A stretch of DNA of 64,000 bases, taken from NCBI RefSeq assembly GCF_001194135.2, contig NC_068981.1, forward strand, positions 170,556,614 to 170,620,613, in the 5' to 3' direction. Source of the DNA: Octopus bimaculoides (taxonomy: Eukaryota). The notes beneath the pieces were generated by a model. It worked only from the letters and a program-made list of their open reading frames with translations, was not told where the DNA came from and ran no database searches. Made by a program: the position numbers and the translations under genes. How positions within the stretch are numbered: the first letter of the stretch is position 1; every line of letters begins with the position of its first letter. Below are positions 51,552 to 64,000 of the stretch, piece by piece.

Positions 51552-52461
51552 TTCACAGATACTGAGAGAAAGGGGACGATAGGAAGGCAGAGAAGATAGT
51601 AATTATTTCATAACAATTTCGACTAACATTAAACGTTTTAATCTGTACGCCTTTAATATTGTGACAACATATAAGCTTGCACATGATTCTATGATTCATT
51701 TCCACTCAATATTACTTTGAGATATTATTATAGTGTTATCATCTTCATTGCATTACTCATAGTAGCGATTCCTGTATTTACTTTAAAGTTTCGCTCTTGC
51801 TTTGCGCCTGCAAATAATTTTGTTATTACTCAGTTAATCTTTCATGCACATAACCTCTCTTTTTTTTTCATTTTTCTAATCTATTCTTCCTCTTTCCATT
51901 TCATTTTCTTTTTCTTTGAAAACGTAAAATAGCAGAAAAATTATCTTCCTGAGGCAAATTATAGTAAACTACTTCATTTCCGGCGGACAAGAAACCATTA
52001 TATCTGAAGTAGAGAAATGAAGGTCAACATGTATCATAGGCCTTCACCCTCTTCACTGATGTCTAAACCAATTTCTCATAATTTCCGGATTAGCCACAAG
52101 ATTTTTGGAAAATATCTACTTGAATATTAATACCTAGAGATATAACAGCCAAACAAATATTTATTGAGATAATCCACAATACATGTTGTAAGAATATTTG
52201 ACAAATCAATACCTCAACATTCTCGTCATTTTCTCACATTACTTTCCATGCGAGAATTATAAATGTAAAGTAGATTGTAAATTGATGATAGGATTTTCAA
52301 CAAGCTTGCGTATCTCAGCGAATTTATAAGGAATGCAGATATATTCATAGAAGTTGCAAGCTGTATGAGATAAAGTAAATTAAAATGTATTTTGGATTGC
52401 AAACAAAGTTATATTTGGTAACTTAAAGTGTGATAACGTTTAGTTCCAATATTTTTTATAG

Positions 52462-52534
52462 GAATACTCTGGTCGAAATTATACCATTCATGTTGAAGGA
52501 CATTGTCTATTTTCGAAAGTTCTTTGATGATTGT
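52462..52534 (+). CDS. Candidate exon starting in phase 2
   Basis: TTTTTTATAG|G..TGT|GTATGT; (W)NTLVEIIPFMLKDIVYFRKFFDDC. It would complete the TG|G codon left by 36517-36552. Confidence 0.3.
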
Positions 52535-53766
52535 GTATGTGCAATCATAAATGAAAACATTTACCTTGTTGAAAGAAAAGCATATTTAACCCATTATAGT
52601 GCACACAATAAAACAAATATCGTAACTACAGGGAAAAAATATTCCCTTTCTACCAGAAATATTAGATTTACATAGAGGAGCACAATTATTTTTATGTTAA
52701 TAAGATCGATAATTAATTAACCTCAACTCACTTTCCGCAAATATTGATCACATCTGTTAATAATAAAAACAGTGTCTTCATTCCACAAAACTAATTATCC
52801 ACTGCGATGATTCCTATTCATAAAACAATATTTTTTTCTATTTCAAAATTACATCAATGCAGTAAAATGAATATGTAAAAACGTCAGTTATTCATGGTAG
52901 CTTGTTACCTCTGATTTTGTTTTGTTGTAAATTTTATATAAAATGAAACGAAGAGACCGAAGACATTAATGCAGAAATTATTTCATATCATTATTCAGCA
53001 GATGATATTATTTGTAGAAGTTTGATGCACGTTATATATTAGAAATTTAATTTTATTGTGTATATTAATATAACCCCGGTATTTTATACGAAGTTCCATC
53101 ATGTATATAGGAATATTCAGTAACTCAATAAATAAATCAGAATTTACACTGGCTAAACTTTGCAAATATCTATCAACAACATTATCTCTCCTTATATCCT
53201 TATATTCTACCTCCCCATATATCTATATCTGTATACGCATACGTATGAATGTATGATGTATGTAAGTACGTATAGGGAGGTGGAATGAGAGGTGGAGCGA
53301 GAGAGACACAGAGACAGAGAGGTAGAGAAAGATGCACACGCATATTTATATCTAACAAATACAATATAGAAATGAATTATTTTATTTCCATTGAGCGCCG
53401 CTTTGTACAGATCGATTCTAAGAAGCCCTGAGACCATCCAGATAGTTGTGAATAAATTTAGTAAACAGGAACTGTACGGAATACCACCTTAAATATGTGT
53501 ATGTGTACCTCAGTGTCTTTTTGTATGTTTGTCTCTCAGCGCTTCGCAAGAGTTGAAGCTTTTCTTACGTCTGTAAACTAACCGTTCGGTAATGTAAACC
53601 TATAAAATAACAAGCAGAAAAAAACTCAGGTATTATGGCCAAAGTGTTCGAATTGAGCTTTTAAGTCTCGAACTCAATATGCGTACAAAGTAGATCAATA
53701 AATAAAGAGAGCAAAAAAGTGTGCACTCGTGTGCTTATGTATGTACATGTATGTACATGTATATAC

Positions 53767-53833
<67 letters not shown>

Positions 53834-54630
53834 CATAGATAGATAGATAGATAGATAGATAGAGAGATAGATAGATAGATAGAAGGAGAGATATCGGTAT
53901 GCTCATGTAACCTATATAGAGCACCTATATAAACAGGGCTGATTTGGCTGTTTCTTCGTAGATTCCAGAATGTAACTTCAGATATGTAGGCTTAATTTGT
54001 ATACCGCAAGTTTGGACACTTTATTCTTTAAATATCAGGGCCTGTGAATGGGAATCTCAGTCGACACTGTCTCAAATTATGTTATAATTCCTTTAATGTA
54101 TATATACCTATATAAGCAGGGGTGACTTAGCTGTTTCTCCGAAGACGGAATATATACATACATACATACATACATACATACATACAGATTGAGGAACACG
54201 GTTAAAATTCAGGCCACATGTTTCCTAGCCAGTAGATACTCTGATATAAAAAATTATTACACAAGTAGGGGCACTCAGGTATCTACTCATATTCGAAGAT
54301 ATAATTTGAAATTACATTTTTGGCGAGTTACCTTGAGATTCCTTAACGACAATGTAACCTTCATATACTTAAGGTATTTTGGGCCTGATGATAGGCCAGC
54401 TGAGTCCCCTCGTTCGGTAATGCTTATCTCAGAGGATCTGCTTGCTAGGAAACCTATGTAGCCTGAAATTTTGGATTTTTATTCGCATTCATAGCGATTG
54501 AAGTTGCTAACATTAAGCTATAAATATTTTTGCTTGTTTTCAGTTTATAGAACTGAGATATGGGTAAAGCTTACTTCCCTCAGGCTGCTTGAAGCTTACA
54601 GATTTCTACACTTAAAACCTTGGTTCTTAA

Positions 54631-54668
<38 letters not shown>

Positions 54669-57142
54669 CAACCAATTACAAAGAATCCGATGACTGGCAC
54701 ATCTTCAAATGAATTTTTAATGTCACAGTTAGTCATACAGCCTAAAGTGACCGACATGTGTTTCTGCTGCACAACATACAGTTGTGCATACAACCCAGCA
54801 TAATCTGCAGTGCCCCTAAATTCAGGTTATTTCCACAAGCATGGTTCGAAGTGATCTCAGTTTATTTACTCGTGGCAACTTGATTTCTTTATTGTACACT
54901 GTTAAAGATACAAATGAAAGCGATGTAAGACACGCTGAAATTTGATACGGCTTTAAACCTATTTCTGAGCTAACCTCCAGTTGACACCAATTCAGGGCGA
55001 AAGTGAGAGTTTTATAAAAATGAAATTAGGTCAAAGTATATCTCATTGTTCCAATAGACTTTGTCTTAGCGTTTATCTGGTATACGTGCTAGTGAATCCA
55101 TAGCTGGGACCTTAACAGATGCTACTACTCGGGGTCAATGAATCCCCCAGGAGCAATAATAGCAAAGAGGTGGTCCCGCACTGCTCAAAACTCTGGGATT
55201 GCCATATCAGGGCCTCCATTAGCAGTTTATTGCTATATCTAAACCATACATACATATAAACATACGTATGTATGTATGTATGTATGTATATATGTATGTA
55301 TGTGTGTATGTATGTACACATGCATACACTCATGAACATTCCCAGATGAACACCATTCACATTATATATGAAGATATATTCGAAAGAAGTGGAATATTTT
55401 TATAATTATGTCAGAATCTCTTTTCGTTTATTTATTTATTTATTCATTCATTTTGTCATCGAGGAAAGCTATCACCTAATTGATAAATATTGAAATGTGC
55501 ATAGATAATTTAAATGGATGAAAAACATTGTTTGAATTCATTGATAACAAAATTCCTTTCTTGACTGTATGCACATTGTTCATAAATAAATGAAACTAAA
55601 AGCAAGAGGATAAGTTTTAAAAAAACAATAATCGAAAAATAAATCATGGAAGACAATGAAAAAATATAATATTGGCATTCTAATGTCTACTTTTCTGTCC
55701 ATATTATTTGAACCTGTCGATTAGTAAGTTTAATGTATGGAAAAATGTTCTGCAAGTAGCCATTAAATATGTATAACATGTAACAACTGGAAACCCGACC
55801 ATGTGTTGTTTGTAGTTGAAATGTAGATACAAATTGGCGATCCGCCAGATTCGCAGATAAAACAAGACAAATCTTGATTAACTCGCTCGTCCACACCCAC
55901 AAGAAAAACGGCTTCTAATAAGAACAAAATAAAAATAATGACAAAAATACTAACAATTCGGTGGAATAAGCCGTTAATTCGTCACTTTGAGTGTTTTCTG
56001 TAGAATCTAGATTTTTAAATACCCTCTATCGAATGCTTTAGAGAGTCAAATTTATATTTAATCCTTGCGTTGGTCGATAAAATACACACCGGTCACGAAA
56101 TAAATTATACTGCAGTTTGGCAAAATTTGCAGCTTTTTCCCAATTTAAAAATACTAAATTCATGCCTCAATAATATTTTCTAACATACGTTTCACGAAAC
56201 AGAGTGGATGATGAGTTTAATTTAATAATGTATTTTATTTAAACTACGGATGACTGGTAATTATTTAATCTACGTTGAAGTTTGAAATTTAAAGTCAATG
56301 TAATTGGAATATTGCTTCAGGAGATAAATGTGAGAAATATTGATTTAAACATTGTAGATTATTTAAACCACGATATTGTTACTCTGCACCATCTATAATG
56401 AGAGTGTGCAAACTTGGAAGCCTTAAGTAGTCGCTCGATCTGCTAGAAGTAGCAATCAAATCTCCTTAGTTTTATATCCTAGCGTCATAAAATTAGAATC
56501 ATCGTATAATGGGGAGCGGATTTCCCTACGAATACGAAAAATTACAGTTATAACTGAAGATATTTTTATCACATGCCGGGTGGCATGAGAGTAAACATTA
56601 GCAACACCAACAACAACAATGACGATCTGAAAAATAGCGAATGTAGTCGGTCGAATTCATGAAAGAATATAGCATATATTAATGAAATCGTGCTCTACAG
56701 TAAACAAGAAACACTACATTGAGTAATTTCGTTGCAAACATAACTTTAAAACAGCTAATTCCTAAGATACAATGGAAGAAATGATCATTCGGTAGTGAGA
56801 ATCTCTGAACGTTTCTTTTTTAAATATGTGGTTTGTCGATTGATATGTTCACTGTAATATATTTGTTGCAAATTGCCATTAAATGTGCACAGCATATAAC
56901 AATCCGGGTTGACAGTGGTCTAAACAACGGCAACAGCAAAAACAATAGTATAGACAACAGGATATTCTCAAATTCTATTCTATATCGCATTAATAATATA
57001 CATTAAATTGATGGAGTTTCACATCAGAAAACAAAGGGATTTAGATTAATATATTAAACAGTTGTTGTCAACAATTTCACTAATTCTACTGCCATACTGT
57101 TCTGTGAACACGAAGAAAAGGTCGAATGCGAAACATTATATG

Positions 57143-57360
57143 CTCTTTTACACTTTACTCTTTTACTTGTTTCAGTCATTTGACTGCGGCCATGCTGTAG
57201 CATCGCCTTTAGTCGAGAAAATCGACCCCAGGACTTTGTAAGCATAGTACTTATTCTATCGGTCTCTTATTGCCGAACCGCTAAGTTACGGGGACGCAAA
57301 CACACCAGCATCGGTTGTCAAGATATGGTGGGGGACAAACAGACACACAAACACACATAC

Positions 57361-57393
<33 letters not shown>

Positions 57394-57556
57394 CGACGGG
57401 CTTCTTTCAGTTTTCGTCAGCCAAATCCACTCACAAGGCTTTGGTCGGCCCGAGGCTATAGTAGAAGACACTTGCCCAAGGTGCCACGCAGTGGGACTGA
57501 ACCCGGAACCATGTAGTTGGTAAGCAAGCTACTTACCACACAGCCACTCCTGCGCC
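57143..57556 (-). mobile_element. Full-length octopus-type tRNA-derived SINE family A
   Basis: Head GGCGCAGGAGTGGCTGTGTGGTAAG..GGTTCCGGGTTCAGTCCC (A/B boxes), internal (TA)n and a tail of AAAAGAGT-like repeats. Confidence 0.9.
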
Positions 57557-58291
57557 TATATTATAGTTTGTGTTTTGATGTAGCAAGTGCTTTTATCGCA
57601 TATTCGTACAACAATTACTTTACTGATAGCAATAACAAAAATATGAAACCTTTAAACAAATCTAGTGTTACAATAGAATTTATTGTCATCAGCTCTAAGC
57701 TTTAGGCTTACACAAATTTATTATTACAAGGTTCGTACGCAATTGTTATTTCTGATGTGGTTCTACTATTCTTATTTAAAGTTCGGTGTTCGGTACATAT
57801 TTAGAGTTCGCTGTCCTGTAAACCAACATTAATAGCCTACATATCTTATATAAAAAAAAGTCAGCTATTTCAGAAGAATGCAAAATAGATCATAAAAATT
57901 ATAAACGTTGTATTTTAAAGAGATGGAGATAAAATTGGAAAATACACGGCAAATCAGTGACCCCACATCTCTTTTATTAAGTTAATTGACTTCAGGTAAC
58001 CAACAGTTCCTATATGAAAGACGCAGATAAAAGAAACGCAAAAAGTAAAAAAAGAAAAAGAAATACAACAAGCAGAATGACAACAGAAGAACTAATTGAA
58101 ATTATATTCGTAATGAAGTTTTGTTTCTATAAAAGAAGCAAGAAAAAAAAAAGAAAAGAAAGAATGAATATTAAGGAAAAGTAATTATCAGAAATTGTTC
58201 GTAATGTCTTAGTAAATATCTAAAGAGAAAAGACAAACGTTCTCGCACTGACTTACACATACTCACGCACACCACACACGCACACACACAG

Positions 58292-58343
<52 letters not shown>

Positions 58344-59239
58344 NNNNNNNNNNNNNNNNNNNNNNNNNNNNNNNNNNNNNNNNNNNNNNNNNNNNNNNNN
58401 NNNNNNNNNNNNNNNNNNNNNNNNNNNNNNNNNNNNNNNNNNNNNNNNNNNNNNNNNNNNNNNNNNNNNNNNNNNNNNNNNNNNNNNNNNNNNNNNNNNN
58501 NNNNNNNNNNNNNNNNNNNNNNNNNNNNNNNNNNNNNNNNNNNNNNNNNNNNNNNNNNNNNNNNNNNNNNNNNNNNNNNNNNNNNNNNNNNNNNNNNNNN
58601 NNNNNNNNNNNNNNNNNNNNNNNNNNNNNNNNNNNNNNNNNNNNNNNNNNNNNNNNNNNNNNNNNNNNNNNNNNNNNNNNNNNNNNNNNNNNNNNNNNNN
58701 NNNNNNNNNNNNNNNNNNNNNNNNNNNNNNNNNNNNNNNNNNNNNNNNNNNNNNNNNNNNNNNNNNNNNNNNNNNNNNNNNNNNNNNNNNNNNNNNNNNN
58801 NNNNNNNNNNNNNNNNNNNNNNNNNNNNNNNNNNNNNNNNNNNNNNNNNNNNNNNNNNNNNNNNNNNNNNNNNNNNNNNNNNNNNNNNNNNNNNNNNNNN
58901 NNNNNNNNNNNNNNNNNNNNNNNNNNNNNNNNNNNNNNNNNNNNNNNNNNNNNNNNNNNNNNNNNNNNNNNNNNNNNNNNNNNNNNNNNNNNNNNNNNNN
59001 NNNNNNNNNNNNNNNNNNNNNNNNNNNNNNNNNNNNNNNNNNNNNNNNNNNNNNNNNNNNNNNNNNNNNNNNNNNNNNNNNNNNNNNNNNNNNNNNNNNN
59101 NNNNNNNNNNNNNNNNNNNNNNNNNNNNNNNNNNNNNNNNNNNNNNNNNNNNNNNNNNNNNNNNNNNNNNNNNNNNNNNNNNNNNNNNNNNNNNNNNNNN
59201 NNNNNNNNNNNNNNNNNNNNNNNNNNNNNNNNNNNNNNN

Positions 59240-59271
<32 letters not shown>

Positions 59272-60003
59272 ACACACACATGTATGGATGTATATATCAG
59301 GAAAATTCTATGTGTAAATACCGCAATCAGCATGATAGATCACACAGTATATTGTCACCGCAAACGCCTTAAATTAAATGACAATAGTGCTATTTCGAAA
59401 ACTCATAGAAGATAAAATATGCCTCTAAATATTAGCTTAATTAACAGAGAAGCAATTTTGCACACACTGAATTTTGAAAGAGTCAGAGAGGGGCTCCAAA
59501 ATGTCAAGCTAAGTGATTGAAATAGTGGGTACATCTTCCTCAAACAACACCCAAACAAGAGGAAAATTATCAGCTGTCAGGGTGAATTCAGATATGAAAC
59601 AAATTAACACCATTATAAATACAAGCAATATAACGGTACACCTCTTCTCATTTTCTTATTCATAACAAGAAATTAATGCATTCCAGAGGTGTACTCAATC
59701 GCGTAATTTTAATATCATAATATATAGGTTATTCATTAAAGCTCAAAACAACAGAGGAATTGTGACCGTTAAATATGAAAATATTTGCTTAATTCTGAAA
59801 GCCATGCGTTATATTTCCATTTTTATAATTAAAAGGAAATCATTTACATTTATATGATTTAGTTTGAGCTTCACACAAAGGAAACGCAAACAGGGAAGTA
59901 TTATTTTAGTCCTGTTTGGAAGAGCCTAAGTTACCAGCTCAAACAGCAGCTAATAGATATATGATTAAATCAATATATAGATGTGCATCTATAGACATCT
60001 ATA

Positions 60004-61189
60004 CAGGGGTTCGATAAAATAATGGAAACACCTTAAAATTCCAAACAAATTTATTTTGATATGGGGAAGGAGCGACTTTGGCAGTAATTACAGCTTGAAT
60101 TCTACGAGTCATGGACTCAAACAAAGTTTGAGTTGTTTTCAAATGAATTTTTGTCCATTTTCAGCTGAAACTGTCTCCAGTTCTTGTAGTGATCATGGTG
60201 GAGGATATCGACTCCGTACTTGTTTTTCTAAAATGCACCATAAATGTTCAAATAAGATGGAGATATGAGGACTGTGGCGGCCAGATAATATATCCTACTT
60301 CACCAGAATGTTCCTCATGCAATTCAGTAACAACTTTAGCTGTGTGAATTGGTGCATTATCATCCTGAAAGATTGCGTTCCCTCCAGAAACAGTTACGCA
60401 AACATAGGATGAATTTGATCAGATGAAATATTTAAATGGACTTGGCTAGTAATTCTGCCATGAAAGGAAGCCATTGGGCCGGCGGATTTCCAAGATAAAG
60501 CCCCCTAGATCATCACAGATCCTCCTCCATGATTAAAAGTTAGAAGAAGGCAGTCTGGGTCAAATGCTTCTTTTGGCTGTCTCCACACCTATACTCGGCT
60601 AGTGGTCGGAAATAAGGTAAAAGACTTGTTCGAGAAAATAATATTCTTCCACTGCTCTATGGACCAATTCTGTAGGTTTTTATTCCACTCTAATTGGTTT
60701 GCAACATTTGGTTTTGAAAGTAGTGGTTTCTGATTGCAGACCTACCGGCTAACAGCTTTTGTGGAAACTGGGTTCGCGAAGTGGTCATTAAGCTCTGCAG
60801 TAATTTTGGGGGCTGCACTGTTATGATCCTTTTTAACAATTAGCTTAAGAGTCCGACGGTTCCTCTCTGAAAGTATTGGTTTTCTTCAGGAGTTTTTTTT
60901 TTGTTTTTTTTTTCGATGATGAGGTTTTTCCCTCTTTCTCAAAGGCTGTCATAATTTTCGCGACAGAACGCCCTCTTTGAAAGTCCGATAGGTCTGTCAT
61001 TTTAATGAATTTTAATAGCCTTTTTCTCATTATATCTGAAAAGAAACAGCAATGTTAGCAAAACATATTCAGCAACACTAATAATAAAACAAAAAATATA
61101 AAAATAAACAAGCTTTTGACTGTTTCGTAGATATTTCAAAACTATGTTGCAATGAAGCTAGATGTTTCCATTATTTTGTCCAATTCCTG
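60004..61189 (-). mobile_element. Full-length decayed Tc1 (DD34E-type) element with 29-bp TIRs
   Basis: TIRs CAGGGGTTCGATAAAATAATGGAAACACC (60004) and GATGTTTCCATTATTTTGTCCAATTCCTG (61161-61189). Transposase fragments MTDLSDFQRG, KPLLSK, WKNIIFS, HGGGSVM, IFQDDNAPIHTAK and WPPQS. Confidence 0.9.
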
Positions 61190-61386
61190 AATATAAGATC
61201 CATACACACATACATCCGCACGAACCCATATATATGTTGTATTGATTGCTTAGATGTATTCCTTCTATAATTTCTCTTATCCTTCGATTTAGCTCGCAAT
61301 GACCATTCCTTAATACAGCACATATTCTGTGAAGTATACTTAAAAACATACTTTATAAGAAAATTCAATTTGACCTCCCACTCAGT

Positions 61387-61560
61387 ATCGCTTGACAACC
61401 CATGCTGGTGTGTTTATGTCCTCGTAACATTTTCGGTTCGGCAAAAGTGACCGAGAGAATACGTACTAGGCTTAAAAAGAATAAGCTCTGTGGCAAATTT
61501 GCTCGACTAAAGGGACTGCACTAGCATAGCCGCAGTCAAATGACTGAAACAATTAAAAGA
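61387..61560 (+). mobile_element. SINE family A 3' half
   Basis: ATCGCTTGACAACC..GGTTCGGCAAAAG..CGCAGTCAAATGACTGAAAC. Confidence 0.85.
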
Positions 61561-62297
61561 ATATATATAGATACATAGATAGATAATTGAATAAGTTTGA
61601 GTCAACAAGAAGGTGTACAGAGGAAGATTTATTTGTAATGACTACAATCGTTTCCACGCAATGTATTTCTCCAGGTTCACGGGTTTTGCTTTTGTAACCT
61701 TTTCTCTGCATTATGAGATCTGGTTATGTGATATGTAAATATTGTTTCAGTAATCTCTGATTCCTGGCTTCAAGCTCATTCTTTCTGCCTATCGTGGCCT
61801 GCGAGGTAGTAAGTACTCGATGTATCAAAAAATGTTTTGTAGTTGAAAGTCTGTTGGTGAACTGCTTTAAATGAGTAATTGGAGTAGGATGGTGATTATG
61901 CTATAGATGGTAGGTTTTGAGGTTCATATTAAAAGAAATACCATTCTATTTCTTTGTGTTAATTTATACTTCATGGTCAGTTATGCTTGTCATTGTACTT
62001 CCCTGACATTCAAGAATTCACCGATCATTCAGTTGATGAACGTTCATGCATATTTACATTATTCTAGATAGATCTATAGATCTACATATATACATACCCA
62101 TATATACACATATATTCTCTCACACACATATACGTACTCATGCAGGGAGACGCACACATACGCTCACACACACAGACACAAACACATTCACACACACACA
62201 AACACATACACACAGGCATATATATAAATATATGTGTGTGTGTGTGTGTGCGTGTGTGTGTGTGTGTGATTGTGTATGTATATGTATTTATATATAT

Positions 62298-62349
<52 letters not shown>

Positions 62350-62366
62350 NNNNNNNNNNTATATAT

Positions 62367-62446
<80 letters not shown>

Positions 62447-63425
62447 GCACATACGTACACACACATGCAAATATATGAACATGTACAAATACGTACATAC
62501 ACAGGAACAAATAAATTCTCCTCTGCACTTCATGTTGATTCAAACTTATTCACTGATCAATCCACGCAATACTGAAGCCCCAGATACGTAATACTATTGC
62601 TGGATAGCACCAGGCGAAATCAAACGGTGGACGACCTTTATACTGTACTCTACTATGTTCTTAACAGAATATAACCTAATAATATAACCTAACAATATAT
62701 ATATNNNNNNNNNNNNNNNNNNNNNNNNNNNNNNNNNNNNNNNNNNNNNNNNNNNNNNNNNNNNNNNNNNNNNNNNNNNNNNNNNNNNNNNNNNNNNNNN
62801 NNNNNNNNNNNNNNNNNNNNNNNNNNNNNNNNNNNNNNNNNNNNNNNNNNNNNNNNNNNNNNNNATATATACATATATATATATATTTGCATGTATGTAT
62901 GTATGCATTCAAATATGATCTATGCGCTTCCATTGGTGACTAGTAAATCACAGTCTTGCCTAGTGATATCCGTAAACAAAATGTCTGTTTTAAGCTGACG
63001 AGTAAATTTTTAATGGCTGCAAATGTGTACCATAAAAAATTAGAACGTTTATATAAATAAAGAAAATTGTACAGTATAAACGTCTTTTCCAATTCTAAAT
63101 GTGAAGCTACAATCTTTGAACATTGCTAGTTTATATATGATTTTCGTGACGTTTAATTTTTTTCTTTTTTTTTTTTTGCTTCATGCATGAAAAACTGCAG
63201 GCCAGTGTATTTATTATATGGTGTCCTTTGTACCAATTTACATGATCGGCTTCAGAAAACAAACACGATGTTAAGGGAAATATTTGCCATCACCTCAATT
63301 ATTTCATTCTAGTTCCTCTTCCTTCCTACACATCGTTCACACCTTCGTGCTGGCAGTATATATATATATATATATAGCCAGTATACACGTATGAGAGGAA
63401 TAGAAAATGGAATTCAAGAGATTCA

Positions 63426-63693
63426 TTATTAATCACTACGATCGTTTCGACACATCGGGCACCGGTACCTTGCTGGTGAGGGGCAACACACAAGCAACCG
63501 TTTGAGTTGCATCATCCGGAGCAGATGAGATTCGTCAAGGGACATTTTTAAAGGCACCCTGCTCATTAAATTCGGTTTCGCTTAGTTTGATCATAATACA
63601 TTTCGTAATTTACCGGTAGCTGGTTCTGTACAAAGGTGATCACCCGCAAGGAACCGATGCAGGAAGGGTCGAAACGATCGCAGTGATTAATAA
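63426..63693. mobile_element. 268-bp element with 26-bp terminal inverted repeats
   Basis: TTATTAATCACTACGATCGTTTCGAC / GTCGAAACGATCGCAGTGATTAATAA (one mismatch). Confidence 0.7.
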
Positions 63694-64000
63694 AAATCTT
63701 GTTAATTTCACCTTTTCTTTCTTTCATATGTTATATACTCGACTAATACGACGGAATTCCTGAAGTAAATTCAGTGATATACGTACTGTTTGATGATTGG
63801 GAACGTGCTCTAAACGGCATACTACCATGTTATACCCAGCTTTAAAATTTTTACTCAACCATATACATATATATACAAAGATATGACATATTTGTGTATG
63901 CGTTTTAACATGGAGAGTATGTTCTAAATGCGTCATCCATCCCGTTTTGATAAAGAACAGGTACTGCCGTATTTTGGGAGTCAAATGAGCACTGGCTACT

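Overview
AT-rich, microsatellite-dense eukaryotic DNA from a gapped assembly; most N gaps are flanked by simple repeats. The tRNA-derived SINEs and repeat types point to an octopus genome, which I infer from recalled repeat families. No intact gene can be named. The window is dominated by decayed mobile elements. These include several Penelope-like retroelement (PLE) pieces, Tc1/mariner relics (three maT/DD37D-like, one mariner-like, one full-length Tc1), a Chapaev3-like 3' end, a Ty3/Gypsy LTR-PBS-gag relic, two R4/Dong-type LINE ends, an RTE 3' end and two SINE families. Two signals stand out. (1) Hammerhead-ribozyme-like motifs recur in PLE terminal repeats, and these repeats repeatedly form head-to-head inverted pairs. 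The best case (38.5-41.2 kb) has RT, GIY-YIG, a tRNA-Arg-like cloverleaf and a hammerhead core in the duplicated arm. (2) Plus-strand exon-like and coding-like segments between about 7 and 55 kb may be a large unidentified gene. Some are splice- and phase-consistent, others carry stops or frameshifts. All family calls come from hand translation and recalled motifs, not from searches.
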